In this document: positions 8,559 through 18,063 of the stretch, piece after piece
Layout of the letters: each line of letters begins with the position of its first letter
Position numbering within the stretch: position 1 is the stretch's first letter
Assembly (NCBI GenBank): GCA_039588295.1
Contig: JBDHAB010000022.1
Coordinates: 1 to 45,101 of the forward strand
Length of the DNA: 45,101 bases
Direction: 5' to 3'
Source: Gemmatimonadota bacterium
GTDB lineage: Bacteria; Gemmatimonadota; Gemmatimonadetes; Gemmatimonadales; GWC2-71-9
The notes under the pieces: model-generated
The model's database searches: none
The model's input: the letters and a program-made list of their open reading frames with translations, nothing else
What the model was told of the DNA's origin: nothing
Translations under genes and position numbers: made by a program

Positions 8559-9608
8559 ATGACTTGGGCACGCAAACACGACGACTTGACTGAACGCGAG
8601 CGGCGCGTCCTCGAAGCCGTGATCCAGACCTACGTGGAGACGGCGGAGCCCGCCGGATCACGCACGATCGCCAGACGGTTTGACCTCGGGGTTTCGGCGG
8701 CGACGGTGCGCAACACGATGAGCGACCTGGAGGAGCGCGGGTACCTGTATCATCCGCACACGTCCGCCGGGCGCATTCCGACGGATCACGCCTACCGGGT
8801 CTACGTCGACAGCCTAATGGCGCCAGCTCCGCCGACGCGCAAGGAACAGGATGCGCTGCAGCGTGAATTGCGCAGCGGCGGAACGCGGATTGAGGCAATC
8901 CTGCACAAGGCTGCGGAGGTGCTGAGTGTGCTGACCCAGGAGCTCGGCATCGCGGTCGCGCCGGAATTCGACGAGGCCGTGCTCGAGCGCTTGGAGCTGG
9001 TGCAGGCGTCGGACGAGCGGCTGATCATGATTCTCGTGTTGCGTGGCGGGGCGGCTCGGACGCTGTTCGTCGAGATCTCGGACATGATCCCGACAGAGGC
9101 GCTGGCCGGCGTGGCGCAAGTACTGAACGAGCGGCTGTGTGGCGTCCCTCTGCGAGAGATTCGCGCAAGCCTGCGCGAGCGGCTGCGGGATGCGGGGGAC
9201 AATCGAGAGGCCCGCCAGCTGCTGAACATCTTCATCGAGGAGTCCGATCACCTCTTTGAGATCGCTCCGAAGACCAGGAGCGAATTGGTCCTCGGCAGCG
9301 CGCAGATGTTGGTGGAGCAGCCGGAATTCGACACGAGCGACCGGATGCGTAGCCTGCTGGAACTCACGGAGCGGCGGGAAGTGTTGCGCAAAGCGCTCGA
9401 ATCTCGACCGTCGCCGGGGATTAGTGTGACCATTGGCGGCGAGAACCTCGATCCCAAGCTCAGTGCCTTCACCATTGTCACCTCGGCGTACGAGTGCGGT
9501 CCGTTTACGGGCGTGATCGGGGTCATTGGACCGACCAGGATGCCGTACGAGAAGGTCGTCACCATGGTCGAGCATACCAGCCGGCTCCTCGGCGACTTGG
9601 TGCAATAG
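8559..9608 (+). CDS. hrcA: Heat-inducible transcription repressor HrcA
   Basis: LTERERRVLEAVIQTYVETAEPAGSR, SAATVRNTMSDLE, PHTSAGRIPT, GVIGPTRMPY. Confidence 0.96.
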   Translation: MTWARKHDDLTERERRVLEAVIQTYVETAEPAGSRTIARRFDLGVSAATVRNTMSDLEERGYLYHPHTSAGRIPTDHAYRVYVDSLMAPAPPTRKEQDALQRELRSGGTRIEAILHKAAEVLSVLTQELGIAVAPEFDEAVLERLELVQASDERLIMILVLRGGAARTLFVEISDMIPTEALAGVAQVLNERLCGVPLREIRASLRERLRDAGDNREARQLLNIFIEESDHLFEIAPKTRSELVLGSAQMLVEQPEFDTSDRMRSLLELTERREVLRKALESRPSPGISVTIGGENLDPKLSAFTIVTSAYECGPFTGVIGVIGPTRMPYEKVVTMVEHTSRLLGDLVQ

Positions 9609-9621
9609 CCCACGGCAGCGC

Positions 9622-10770
9622 ATGGCTCGCGATCTCTACGAAGTGCTCGGCGTCGATCGCAACGTATCGGAGGCGGACCTCAAGAAGGCCTATCGCCGTC
9701 TTGCGATGCAGTACCATCCCGACCGGAACGACGGTGACAAAGTCGCTGAGGGCCATTTCAAGGAAGTCGTCGAAGCGTTCGAGATCCTGCGCGACCCGCA
9801 AAAGCGCGCGCAGTACGACCGCTTTGGCATGGCCGGGGTCAAGCGGGGTGCGGGTGATTTCGACTTCGCGCATTTCGATCTCGCTGAGGCCCTCAGCGTG
9901 TTCATGCGTGATTTCGGGGGCTTTGGCGGATTCGACTCGCTGTTCGGCGGCGGACGGCGGCAGCGACGCACGAGACGCCGCGGGCAGGACGTGCGTGCGA
10001 CACTCAAGCTGACGTTGGAAGACGTGGCGCATGGCGCCACGCGAAAGCTGCGGCTGCGCACACTCGACCCGTGTGAACACTGTGCCGGGAGTGGGGCGAA
10101 GCCCGGCACGTCGACCCGCCCGTGTCCGACCTGCAGCGGGACCGGTGAAGTGCGCCATGCATCGCAATCCATCTTCGGTCAGTTTGTGTCGGTATCGCCA
10201 TGTCCAACCTGCGAGGCGGAGGGGACGGTCGTGGCGGAGCCGTGCGAGGTATGTCGTGGGGATGGTCGCGTACGTCAGGAGCGGGAGGTGGAGGTCGAGG
10301 TTCCGCCGGGCGTTGACGTCAACAACTACATCACGCTCCGTGGCAAAGGCGTCGCTGGCCCACGGAACGGCCCAGCCGGCGATCTACTTGTCGAATTCGA
10401 GCTCGAGCAGGATGAGCGATTTGAGCGCCGGGGGGACGATCTGGTCTACAATCTCCCGGTTTCCTTCAGCCAGGCGGCGCTGGGCGGGGACGTCACCGTG
10501 CCGACACCGTACGGCGAGGAGCAGGTAACGATTCCGGCCGGTGTGCAGAGCGGTACCGTGCTCAGCCTACGATCCAAGGGATTGCCGAACGTCTCGGACG
10601 GGCGGCGAGGCGCGCTGCACATTCGGGTACAGGTCTGGACACCGACCAAGGTGTCCGGTGAGCTACGGGGGCTGCTCGAGCAACTGGCCGACGTCGAGGG
10701 TGATCCCCCGAAAGACGAGGGGCTCGGGCGAAAACTGTGGGACAAGATGAAAGAAGCCTTCGGGACGTAG
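9622..10770 (+). CDS. dnaJ: Chaperone DnaJ
   Basis: J-domain with HPD, G/F region, four CxxCxGxG-type zinc repeats. Confidence 0.97.
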   Translation: MARDLYEVLGVDRNVSEADLKKAYRRLAMQYHPDRNDGDKVAEGHFKEVVEAFEILRDPQKRAQYDRFGMAGVKRGAGDFDFAHFDLAEALSVFMRDFGGFGGFDSLFGGGRRQRRTRRRGQDVRATLKLTLEDVAHGATRKLRLRTLDPCEHCAGSGAKPGTSTRPCPTCSGTGEVRHASQSIFGQFVSVSPCPTCEAEGTVVAEPCEVCRGDGRVRQEREVEVEVPPGVDVNNYITLRGKGVAGPRNGPAGDLLVEFELEQDERFERRGDDLVYNLPVSFSQAALGGDVTVPTPYGEEQVTIPAGVQSGTVLSLRSKGLPNVSDGRRGALHIRVQVWTPTKVSGELRGLLEQLADVEGDPPKDEGLGRKLWDKMKEAFGT

Positions 10771-10772
10771 CC

Positions 10773-11111
10773 ATGAGCGATTGCTTGTTCTGCAAGATCG
10801 TGGCGGGTGAGGTTCCGGCGACAACGGTGAGCGAGAACGATGCCTTCCTCGCGTTTAGGGACATCAGTCCACAGGCGCCCACGCACGTCCTCGCCATTCC
10901 CAAGCGCCACGTGGCGTCGCTCAATGAGACCGACGATGCGACGCTCATGGGCGACCTCCTCCTGTTTGCGCGCGACGTGGCCCGCGACGAGGGACTTGCC
11001 GACGGCGGCTATCGCGTGGTGATCAACACGAACGCCGGTGCCGGCCAAACGGTGTTTCATATCCACGCTCACGTGCTCGGTGGGCGCCCCATGCGGTGGC
11101 CGCCGGGCTAG
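10773..11111 (+). CDS. Histidine triad nucleotide-binding protein (HINT)
   Basis: CLFCKI, DISPQAPTH, GQTVFHIHAHVLGGR, C-terminal WPPG. Confidence 0.95.
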   Translation: MSDCLFCKIVAGEVPATTVSENDAFLAFRDISPQAPTHVLAIPKRHVASLNETDDATLMGDLLLFARDVARDEGLADGGYRVVINTNAGAGQTVFHIHAHVLGGRPMRWPPG

Positions 11112-11147
11112 CATGAGGTTGGTGGATAGGGTGCCCGACCCTCCTGG

Positions 11148-11176
11148 TTGCGATTCATTTCGGGAGCACCTAGCTT
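11148..11176 (+). promoter_or_regulatory. Candidate sigma70-type promoter for rpsU
   Basis: TTGCGA-N17-TAGCTT, 41 nt upstream of the rpsU ATG. AGGAG at 11201. Confidence 0.5.
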
Positions 11177-11217
11177 TCCGAGCCTGTGGTTGACATGGGC
11201 AGGAGACCCGGGTAGGC

Positions 11218-11406
11218 ATGCCCGAAGTCTACATCTCGGAAGATGAATCGTTTGACCGGGCGCTCAGGCGCTTCAAGAAGAAGTGTGAAAAGGCCGGCAT
11301 CCTCTCGGACCTGCGGAAGCATCGGCATTACGAGAAGCCCAGTGAACGCCGCAAGCGCAAGATGAATGCGGCACGGCGCAAGCAGCGACGTCCACGGTCA
11401 CGCTAA
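11218..11406 (+). CDS. rpsU: 30S ribosomal protein S21
   Basis: [31 protein letters not shown]. Confidence 0.97.
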   Translation: MPEVYISEDESFDRALRRFKKKCEKAGILSDLRKHRHYEKPSERRKRKMNAARRKQRRPRSR

Positions 11407-11497
11407 TCATCCCTTCGGCGGAGTAGTGCGGAAGACTCACGCAGACGCTACCAAGGAGCCACCGCGTTCAGCATGATGCGCGAGGGTCTTGGAGTAC

Positions 11498-11547
11498 GAA
11501 ATAAGGGGTGTGGGTGACCACGGTTGCCGGCACCCCTTCCTCATTTC
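11498..11547 (+). terminator. Stem-loop after rpsU (possible terminator or attenuator)
   Basis: AAGGGGTG (11503-11510) pairs with CACCCCTT (11531-11538). Inner GGTGAC/GTTGCC stem. Pyrimidine tail without a long U run. Confidence 0.45.
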
Positions 11548-11555
11548 CCGCGGTA

Positions 11556-13853
11556 GTGCTCACGGAGACGCTGGATCAGCTCGAGTTCGGCCGTGTGCTC
11601 GATCTCGTAGCGGAGTACGCCGTGTCTGAGCTTGGCGCCCGGTCGGTGCGTGCCCGCGTGCCTTCGAGCGTCCCCGACGAGATCGCGGAGGAGTTGGCGC
11701 TCGTTGCCGAGCTGATGCGTGCGTTCGACCGGGGGGAGGCGTTTGCGCCGCGCGCCGTACCGGACCTGAGCGAATCCGTGAAGACGCTCCTCACCGACGG
11801 TGGGGTGCTCGAGGCGGCGGCACTCGTGGAGCTGGCCGGAGCGCTCGGGGCCATGCGAGAGACAGCGGCGGCGCTTCGTGCCCTTCGCGACGACGCTTCA
11901 CGTGTCGCCGGCCTCGAAACAGACGTGCCACCAGTCGGGTTGGAGCAGGCGATCGTCCGGGCCATCGAACCGGACGGCCGGGTCAAAGATGATGCCTCGG
12001 CCGCGCTCCGCCGGGCGCGGAGGCGGGTGCGGGAGACCCGAAACCGTTTGATCGGACTGCTGGAGCACCACCGCCGCACCTTGGCGACTCATGCAACGAC
12101 GGGGGACACGGCGGTGACCATGCGTGGCGGCCGCTACGTGATTCCCGTGCGCAAGGACGCGCGATCGTCGCTCACCGGCATCGTGCACGGGGAATCCGCC
12201 TCCGGCGCCACCCTCTTCGTCGAGCCGGCGGAAGCCGTCGAGCTTGGGAACGAACTCACCGCGTACGAGGCCGAGGAGGCGCGGGAGGTCCTCGCGGTAC
12301 TGCGTGCCCTCACCGGTGACGCCCGTGAACATCTCGACAGGATCGAGGCGGGCTGGGACATGTGCATCCGGGCGGACGATCTCTACGCACGGACCCGTTA
12401 CGCGCAGGCGTGCGAAGCGCACCTCCCGGACCTCGTGGCTGATGGGCCAGCGCTGTCGATCTCTCACGGCGTTCATCCGTTGATCCTGGCTGAATCGGAA
12501 CGAGCGGTCTTCTTCGACCTCGAACTTGCCGACGGTGAGCGGACGGTCGTCGTCAGCGGTCCGAACGCCGGTGGCAAGACGGTGCTGCTCAAGGCCGTGG
12601 GACTCATCAGCGCCATGACGCAAGCCGGAATCGTCCCGCCGGTCGGCCGTGGCACGAAGCTACCGGTGTTCCGGCGCATCTTCTCGGACATCGGCGACCA
12701 TCAGTCCATCGCGGCGAGCCTCTCGACCTTCAGTGCGCATGTCGCCGCCCTCAAGGAGATCTTGGTCGATGCAGACGAGGGCGCGCTGGTCCTGCTCGAC
12801 GAGTTGGGTGGGGGGACCGACCCTCTCGAGGGCGCGGCGCTTGCCGGGGGCGTGATCCTGTCACTCAACGGGCGGAGAGCGATCACGATCGCGACCACGC
12901 ACCTGGGTGAGCTCAAGGAGCTGGCTGCGGGCACCGACGGAGTGGTCAACGCCAGCATGGAGTTCGACGGTGACACGCTCGCGCCCACCTATCGCTTCGC
13001 AAAAGGGAAACCCGGCCGTTCGTACGCGCTTGCCATTGCGTCTCGGTTGGGAATGCCGGCGGACGTGATGGCCACGGCGGAGTCGCTGACGCCCGACGTG
13101 GTGCGGTCGCTCGAAGCGACGCTTGCCGAGCTCGAGAAGCGGGAGGCAAACCTCGAACGCCGTGAGCACGAGGTCAGCGACCGTGATCGGGACCTTATGA
13201 TGCGGGCCGACGCGGTTGGCAGCGAGCGCGAGAAGCTCGATCTCCTGAGTGCGGAACTGGCGGAGCGTGAAGTGGAGTTGGAGCGCAGCGGCCGCGAGCA
13301 GGCGCGGAAGTTTCTGCTCGAGGCGCGTCGCCGTGTGGAAGACGCCCTGGGGCTCGCCCGGGCGGCCGTAAGCGAGGCGACGGCAAAAGAAGCACGTCGG
13401 CTCGTTGAGGATGGAGTGCGCGCAGAGGGTGACGCGCTGGATAAACTCGCTCGCGAAGCGGCCAGCAAGGGGTGGAAGGTGAAGGGAGCAGGGGGCAAGG
13501 GGGAAGGGGAAAGGGGGAAGCAGCGAGGGACGGCGGAGCCACGGTGTGAGGTGGCGGTCGACGAACCGCGGAGAGGCATTGCCGACGTGTCCGATCTCGG
13601 GCAGCCGGCATCACACGAACTCGATCTCCGCGGGCTCCGTGCGGAGGAGGCCGAGACGCGGTTGATGCTCGCCATCGACGCGGCGGTGGTCGCCGATCTC
13701 CCGTACCTGCGCATCATCCACGGGAAGGGGACGGGTGCGCTCAAGGCGGTCGTGGCGGATCTCCTGAGACGTGACCCACGTGTCGGCTCGGCTCGGCTCG
13801 CGGAGCCCCAGCACGGCGGCACGGGTGTGACCATTGCCGAGTTGCGATTATGA
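11556..13853 (+). CDS. mutS2: Endonuclease MutS2 (ATPase, coiled coil, Smr domain)
   Basis: LDQLEF N-terminus, HGESASGATLFVEP, GPNAGGKT, DIGDHQSI, LLDELGGGTDP, Smr LDLRG...IIHGKGTGAL. GTG 11556 chosen by N-terminal motif. Confidence 0.93.
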   Translation: MLTETLDQLEFGRVLDLVAEYAVSELGARSVRARVPSSVPDEIAEELALVAELMRAFDRGEAFAPRAVPDLSESVKTLLTDGGVLEAAALVELAGALGAMRETAAALRALRDDASRVAGLETDVPPVGLEQAIVRAIEPDGRVKDDASAALRRARRRVRETRNRLIGLLEHHRRTLATHATTGDTAVTMRGGRYVIPVRKDARSSLTGIVHGESASGATLFVEPAEAVELGNELTAYEAEEAREVLAVLRALTGDAREHLDRIEAGWDMCIRADDLYARTRYAQACEAHLPDLVADGPALSISHGVHPLILAESERAVFFDLELADGERTVVVSGPNAGGKTVLLKAVGLISAMTQAGIVPPVGRGTKLPVFRRIFSDIGDHQSIAASLSTFSAHVAALKEILVDADEGALVLLDELGGGTDPLEGAALAGGVILSLNGRRAITIATTHLGELKELAAGTDGVVNASMEFDGDTLAPTYRFAKGKPGRSYALAIASRLGMPADVMATAESLTPDVVRSLEATLAELEKREANLERREHEVSDRDRDLMMRADAVGSEREKLDLLSAELAEREVELERSGREQARKFLLEARRRVEDALGLARAAVSEATAKEARRLVEDGVRAEGDALDKLAREAASKGWKVKGAGGKGEGERGKQRGTAEPRCEVAVDEPRRGIADVSDLGQPASHELDLRGLRAEEAETRLMLAIDAAVVADLPYLRIIHGKGTGALKAVVADLLRRDPRVGSARLAEPQHGGTGVTIAELRL
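13474..13529 (+). repeat. Purine-rich degenerate heptamer tandem repeat inside mutS2
   Basis: GGAAGGT GAAGGGA GCAGGGG GCAAGGG GGAAGGG GAAAGGG GGAAGCA GCGAGGG. Confidence 0.75.
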
Positions 13854-15646
13854 GCCAGATCCCGGACGAGGTCATCGAGCGGGTGCGCGACGCCGCCGAT
13901 CTCGTGGAAGTGATCGGCGAGCACGTCGAACTCAAGCGGACGGGCTCCGACTACCGCGGGCCCTGTCCGTTTCACGGCGGCAAGCACCGCAACTTCGCGG
14001 TCATCCCGAAGAAGCAGATGTTCTACTGCTTCGTCTGCCATGAGGCTGGCGACGTGTTCACGTTTTACATGAAGAAGCTCGGCCTCGATTACCCATCGGC
14101 CGTGCGCGAGGTCGCACGCCGCTGTGGCGTCACCATCCCCGAACGCACCACCAGTGGCCCTGATCCCCGGGAGCCGCTGTTCTCCGCGGTCGCGGTGGCG
14201 GGAGAGTGGTACGCCCGTCGACTACGGGAGGCGGATGATGCCGATGCGGCGCGTCAGTATCTGCGGAACCGCGCATACGACCTCGAAGCGCTGTTGCCGC
14301 ACGGCATCGGTTTCGCCCCGCGTGGCGAAGCGTTTCTCGAAGCCATGGCGGCACTGGGTATCGCGGTCGAGGTCCTGCTCCGAGCCGGATTGGCGGTGCA
14401 GCGGGACGATGGCACGGTTCGCCCTCGGTTCTGGAATCGTGTCGTGTTCCCGATCCACGATCTTCGCGGGCGGGTCGTGGGTTTTGGCGGTCGTATCGTC
14501 GGTGAGGGCGAGCCCAAGTATCTCAACTCCTCCGACACCGAGATCTTTCACAAGGGCTCACTGCTCTACAATCTGCATCAGGCGAAACACGCGATGCGAA
14601 AGGTGAGCCGCGCCGTCGTGGTCGAGGGGTACTTCGATGTGCTCCGTCTCGTCGAGGTGGGGATCGAAGAGACGGTGGCCCCGCTGGGAACGGCCTTCAC
14701 GGTGGAACAGTCGCGCCTCCTTCGGCGGTACACACAAGATGTGACGCTGCTGTACGACAGTGATGCCGCAGGGCTGCGCGCCAGCTTCCGGGCGGCGGAC
14801 ATCCTGCTCCATGCAGGGCTCAGGGTGTCGATCGCCACGCCGCCCCAGGGAAGCGATCCCGATTCCCTCGCCGCGGAGGGCGGGGCCAAGGCCGTTGGGG
14901 TCGTCCTGGACGACGCACTCGACGTGCTCGAGCGCAAACTCCAACTTCTCGAGCGGCGGGGATGGCTCGGGTCCCTCTCCGGCCGCCGACGCGCCCTCGA
15001 TCGGCTTCTGCCGACGTTGCGCGCGGTGAGCGACGGTGTGACTCGGGACCTCTATCTCGGCCGGTGCGCCGAGGCGCTGGGGATCTCCCAAACGGCGCTG
15101 GTCAACGAGGTCGAGGGCGGACGGTGGTCGGCGCCGCCGGCTGCGGGCGAGCAGCGAGCCCGCGCCGAGACACCAGGGCCGGAGGCACGAGGATTCCGGT
15201 CGCATCCCGAGCGCGATCTGCTGCGCGTCATGCTGCACAACCCGAGTTGGCGAACGCGCATCGCCGAGCACGTGGCGCATCTCCCCACACGTGATACGGT
15301 AGAGTGGCGGCTCGTGCGTACGGTCAGCGAAACCGCCGCCGACGTCTCTGGTGGTGCGCTGCTGGAGTTGGTTGAGGCGGAGGGACGAGCGATCCTCGCG
15401 CGACTCGTGTCGGAGCCATTTGGCGGTCTCGACGAGGACGCGACCGTGGATGGCGCGTTGCGCAAGATCGAGAGTCGCACCCTGGAGGACCAATTGCGGG
15501 CGATCGATCGCAAGATCCCAGTTGCGAGCGATGCCGAGAAGATGGCGCTCACGCGCGAGAAAGAGGACCTGAGCCGAAGGATTTCCATACTCAATCCAGC
15601 ACGTTGGAACGTTATCAGGAAAGGAAGGAGCGGCAGTGCACGCTGA
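13850..15646 (+). CDS. dnaG: DNA primase
   Basis: Zn-binding CPFH...CFVC, PKYLNS, VEGYFDV, TOPRIM YDSDAAG, DPD. ATGA overlap with mutS2. Confidence 0.97.
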   Translation: MSQIPDEVIERVRDAADLVEVIGEHVELKRTGSDYRGPCPFHGGKHRNFAVIPKKQMFYCFVCHEAGDVFTFYMKKLGLDYPSAVREVARRCGVTIPERTTSGPDPREPLFSAVAVAGEWYARRLREADDADAARQYLRNRAYDLEALLPHGIGFAPRGEAFLEAMAALGIAVEVLLRAGLAVQRDDGTVRPRFWNRVVFPIHDLRGRVVGFGGRIVGEGEPKYLNSSDTEIFHKGSLLYNLHQAKHAMRKVSRAVVVEGYFDVLRLVEVGIEETVAPLGTAFTVEQSRLLRRYTQDVTLLYDSDAAGLRASFRAADILLHAGLRVSIATPPQGSDPDSLAAEGGAKAVGVVLDDALDVLERKLQLLERRGWLGSLSGRRRALDRLLPTLRAVSDGVTRDLYLGRCAEALGISQTALVNEVEGGRWSAPPAAGEQRARAETPGPEARGFRSHPERDLLRVMLHNPSWRTRIAEHVAHLPTRDTVEWRLVRTVSETAADVSGGALLELVEAEGRAILARLVSEPFGGLDEDATVDGALRKIESRTLEDQLRAIDRKIPVASDAEKMALTREKEDLSRRISILNPARWNVIRKGRSGSAR

Positions 15647-16340
15647 TCTCGAGACGTTATTGCGGTTGCAGGAGAAGGACAAAGTCGTGATGGAGGTGCA
15701 GGCGGATATCAGGGCATTGGAGCCGGAGCTGGAGGCGCTCGATCAGGAGCTGGCCGAGGTTACGGCGGAGCTCGAGGCCGCCCGATCGCGAGCGAACGAG
15801 GCGGACCAACGTCGTGCCGAACTGGAGGGGAAGATCGAGAGCTATCGTGTCATGCAGGACCGCCGGCGCCAGCGGCTGGAGTGGGTGCGCGGTGCTAAGG
15901 AAGCGTCGACCCTCATGGCGGAGCTCGATCTTGCACGCACCGTGCTCGCGAAGGAAGAAGCGGAGTGGGTGCGGTCGGCGGACAAGGTGCAGCAGGCGCA
16001 ACACGTCGTTGCCGAACAGGACTCTAAGGTCGTGGAGCTCAAGGAAGCGCAGGCCCCAAAGCGCGAGGAGCTGGCGGCGAAGCTCGCGGAGTGCGACGAC
16101 CGCCTCCAAGCGGCGCAGGCGGAGCGGGAGGAAGTCGCCAAGACCATTGCCGCGGAACTGCAGGATCGCTACCAGCGCATTCTGCAGGGCAGGGCGCCGC
16201 TCGCGCTCTATCCGCTCCGCAGCGGCGCGTGCGGCCATTGCTTCACGTCCGTGCCTCTGCATCGGAGACAGAAGCTCCAAGGAGCGGAGTCACTCGAAAA
16301 TTGCGAGGCGTGCGGGGTGTTGCTGTACGCTGAGGAGTGA
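15636..16340 (+). CDS. Coiled-coil protein with C-terminal C4 zinc ribbon (CT398/HP0958-like)
   Basis: Long coiled coil followed by CGHC...CEAC. GGAGG RBS upstream of GTG. Confidence 0.88.
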   Translation: MHADLETLLRLQEKDKVVMEVQADIRALEPELEALDQELAEVTAELEAARSRANEADQRRAELEGKIESYRVMQDRRRQRLEWVRGAKEASTLMAELDLARTVLAKEEAEWVRSADKVQQAQHVVAEQDSKVVELKEAQAPKREELAAKLAECDDRLQAAQAEREEVAKTIAAELQDRYQRILQGRAPLALYPLRSGACGHCFTSVPLHRRQKLQGAESLENCEACGVLLYAEE

Positions 16341-18046
16341 TGATCGCGATCGAGCCGCGATGGGAAGTCGCGGGGGCGGCGGACCCCGCGGCGGTTGAGT
16401 CCCTCGTCGAGTCCCTCAACGTCCCACCAACCCTTGCCGTGCTCCTCGTGCAGCGGGGATTCCATGCGCCGGAAATGGCGAAGCAGTTCCTGCGGCCGCA
16501 GCTCGAAGCGCTCGGAAGCCCGTTCGTGCTGCGCGACATGACCCGCGCTGTGGAGCTGATCGCCCACGCCGTGCAGCAGGGGAACCGCATTCTGGTTCAT
16601 GGCGACTACGATGTCGACGGTCAGTGCTCGACGGCGCTGTTGACCCGCGTGCTTCGGGGGGCGGGCGCTGACGTCGAGCCGTTCGTTCCCAATCGCCTGC
16701 GAGACGGGTACGACTTCGGCCCTGCGGGGTTGGCAATGGCCAAGACGTCGGGCGCGTCACTGGTCGTCACGTGCGACTGCGGTACCACGGCACTCGAGAC
16801 GGTAGATGCCGCCCATGACGCTGGGATCCAGGTCATCGTGACGGACCACCACCTTCCCGGCGTCATGGCAGCAGCAGACGCGGTGGTGAATCCGCAGCAT
16901 CCCGAATGTCCCTCCGGCCTCACGGAGCTCTGCGGGGCGGGGGTCGCATTCAAGCTCGCGCAGGCACTCGTGGAAGAACTGGGACTGTCGGAGCATCTGC
17001 CGCTGCATCTCTTGGATCTCGTGGCACTGGCGACGGTGGCCGACGTCGTCAGACTGACGGGCGAGAACCGCATCCTCACCCGCTTCGGTCTCAAGGTGTT
17101 GGCTGACTCACGATGGGTCGGAGCCCGAGCGCTGATCGAGGTTGTGGGACTCAAAGGCAAGACGATCCGTGCGGGTCACGTCGGGTTCGTCCTCGCCCCG
17201 CGGCTCAACGCTGCCGGCCGGATCGGTGAGGCGATGGACGGCGTACGACTGCTCTTGACGGATGATCCCGGTGAGGCCCGAGCGCTGGCGTTGAAGCTGG
17301 AAACTACGAATGCGCGACGGCAAGCCATGGACGAAGCGGTGCTCAACGAGGCAATGGAGGTCGTGGAGGAATCGGTCGATCTCGGGCAGCAGTATGGTCT
17401 GGTGCTGGCACGAGACGGGTGGCACCCGGGCGTGATCGGGCTCGTGGCCTCACGCATCGTCGAACGGTTCGCCCGGCCCACCGTCATGGTGGGGCTCGAC
17501 GGTGACGAAGGCAAAGGATCGGGACGCAGCATCCCGGCGTTCGATCTCCATGCAGCGCTCACCGAGTGTGCGCCGCTGCTGACCCGATACGGCGGCCATC
17601 GCATGGCCGCCGGGCTCACCGTCCGGCGGGATCGGGTCGAGGCGTTTCGCGAGCGGTTCAACGCGGTCGCGCGGGCAACACTCTCGGCCGACGATCTCGT
17701 GCCAGGCCAGCGGATCGATATCGTGGTGCCGATCGAACGCATGGACGATGACCTCGAGCGCCTCTTTCGCCATCTCGAGCCCTGTGGTCCGGGGAACCCC
17801 GCTCCCGTGCTCGGCATCGTTGGCGCGTACGCGAAGCACCAGCGCGTGGTCGGCTCGAACCACCTGCGCTTCACGCTCACCGATGCGACGGGCACGATTG
17901 GAGCGATTGCCTTCAACTGGGCGGACCGTGTGCCGGATGACTGGTGGCGGCAACCTGTCGACGTCGCGGTCCGGCTCGAGCGCAACGAGTTCCGCGGCGA
18001 GAGCACGCTGCAAGCGCGCGTGGTGCAGATCAAGTCTGCGGACTAG
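16340..18046 (+). CDS. recJ: Single-stranded DNA exonuclease RecJ
   Basis: GDYDVDG, TCDCG, TDHH, PRLNAAGR, GSGRS, GGHRMAAG. TGATG coupling. Confidence 0.96.
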   Translation: MIAIEPRWEVAGAADPAAVESLVESLNVPPTLAVLLVQRGFHAPEMAKQFLRPQLEALGSPFVLRDMTRAVELIAHAVQQGNRILVHGDYDVDGQCSTALLTRVLRGAGADVEPFVPNRLRDGYDFGPAGLAMAKTSGASLVVTCDCGTTALETVDAAHDAGIQVIVTDHHLPGVMAAADAVVNPQHPECPSGLTELCGAGVAFKLAQALVEELGLSEHLPLHLLDLVALATVADVVRLTGENRILTRFGLKVLADSRWVGARALIEVVGLKGKTIRAGHVGFVLAPRLNAAGRIGEAMDGVRLLLTDDPGEARALALKLETTNARRQAMDEAVLNEAMEVVEESVDLGQQYGLVLARDGWHPGVIGLVASRIVERFARPTVMVGLDGDEGKGSGRSIPAFDLHAALTECAPLLTRYGGHRMAAGLTVRRDRVEAFRERFNAVARATLSADDLVPGQRIDIVVPIERMDDDLERLFRHLEPCGPGNPAPVLGIVGAYAKHQRVVGSNHLRFTLTDATGTIGAIAFNWADRVPDDWWRQPVDVAVRLERNEFRGESTLQARVVQIKSAD

Positions 18047-18063
18047 CCGCGACGGGTTGGTCT

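Noticed and set aside
11407..11500. Possible tRNA or SRP RNA after rpsU
   Set aside because: No TTCGA T-loop/cloverleaf and no SRP CAGG..GNRA..AGCAG core.
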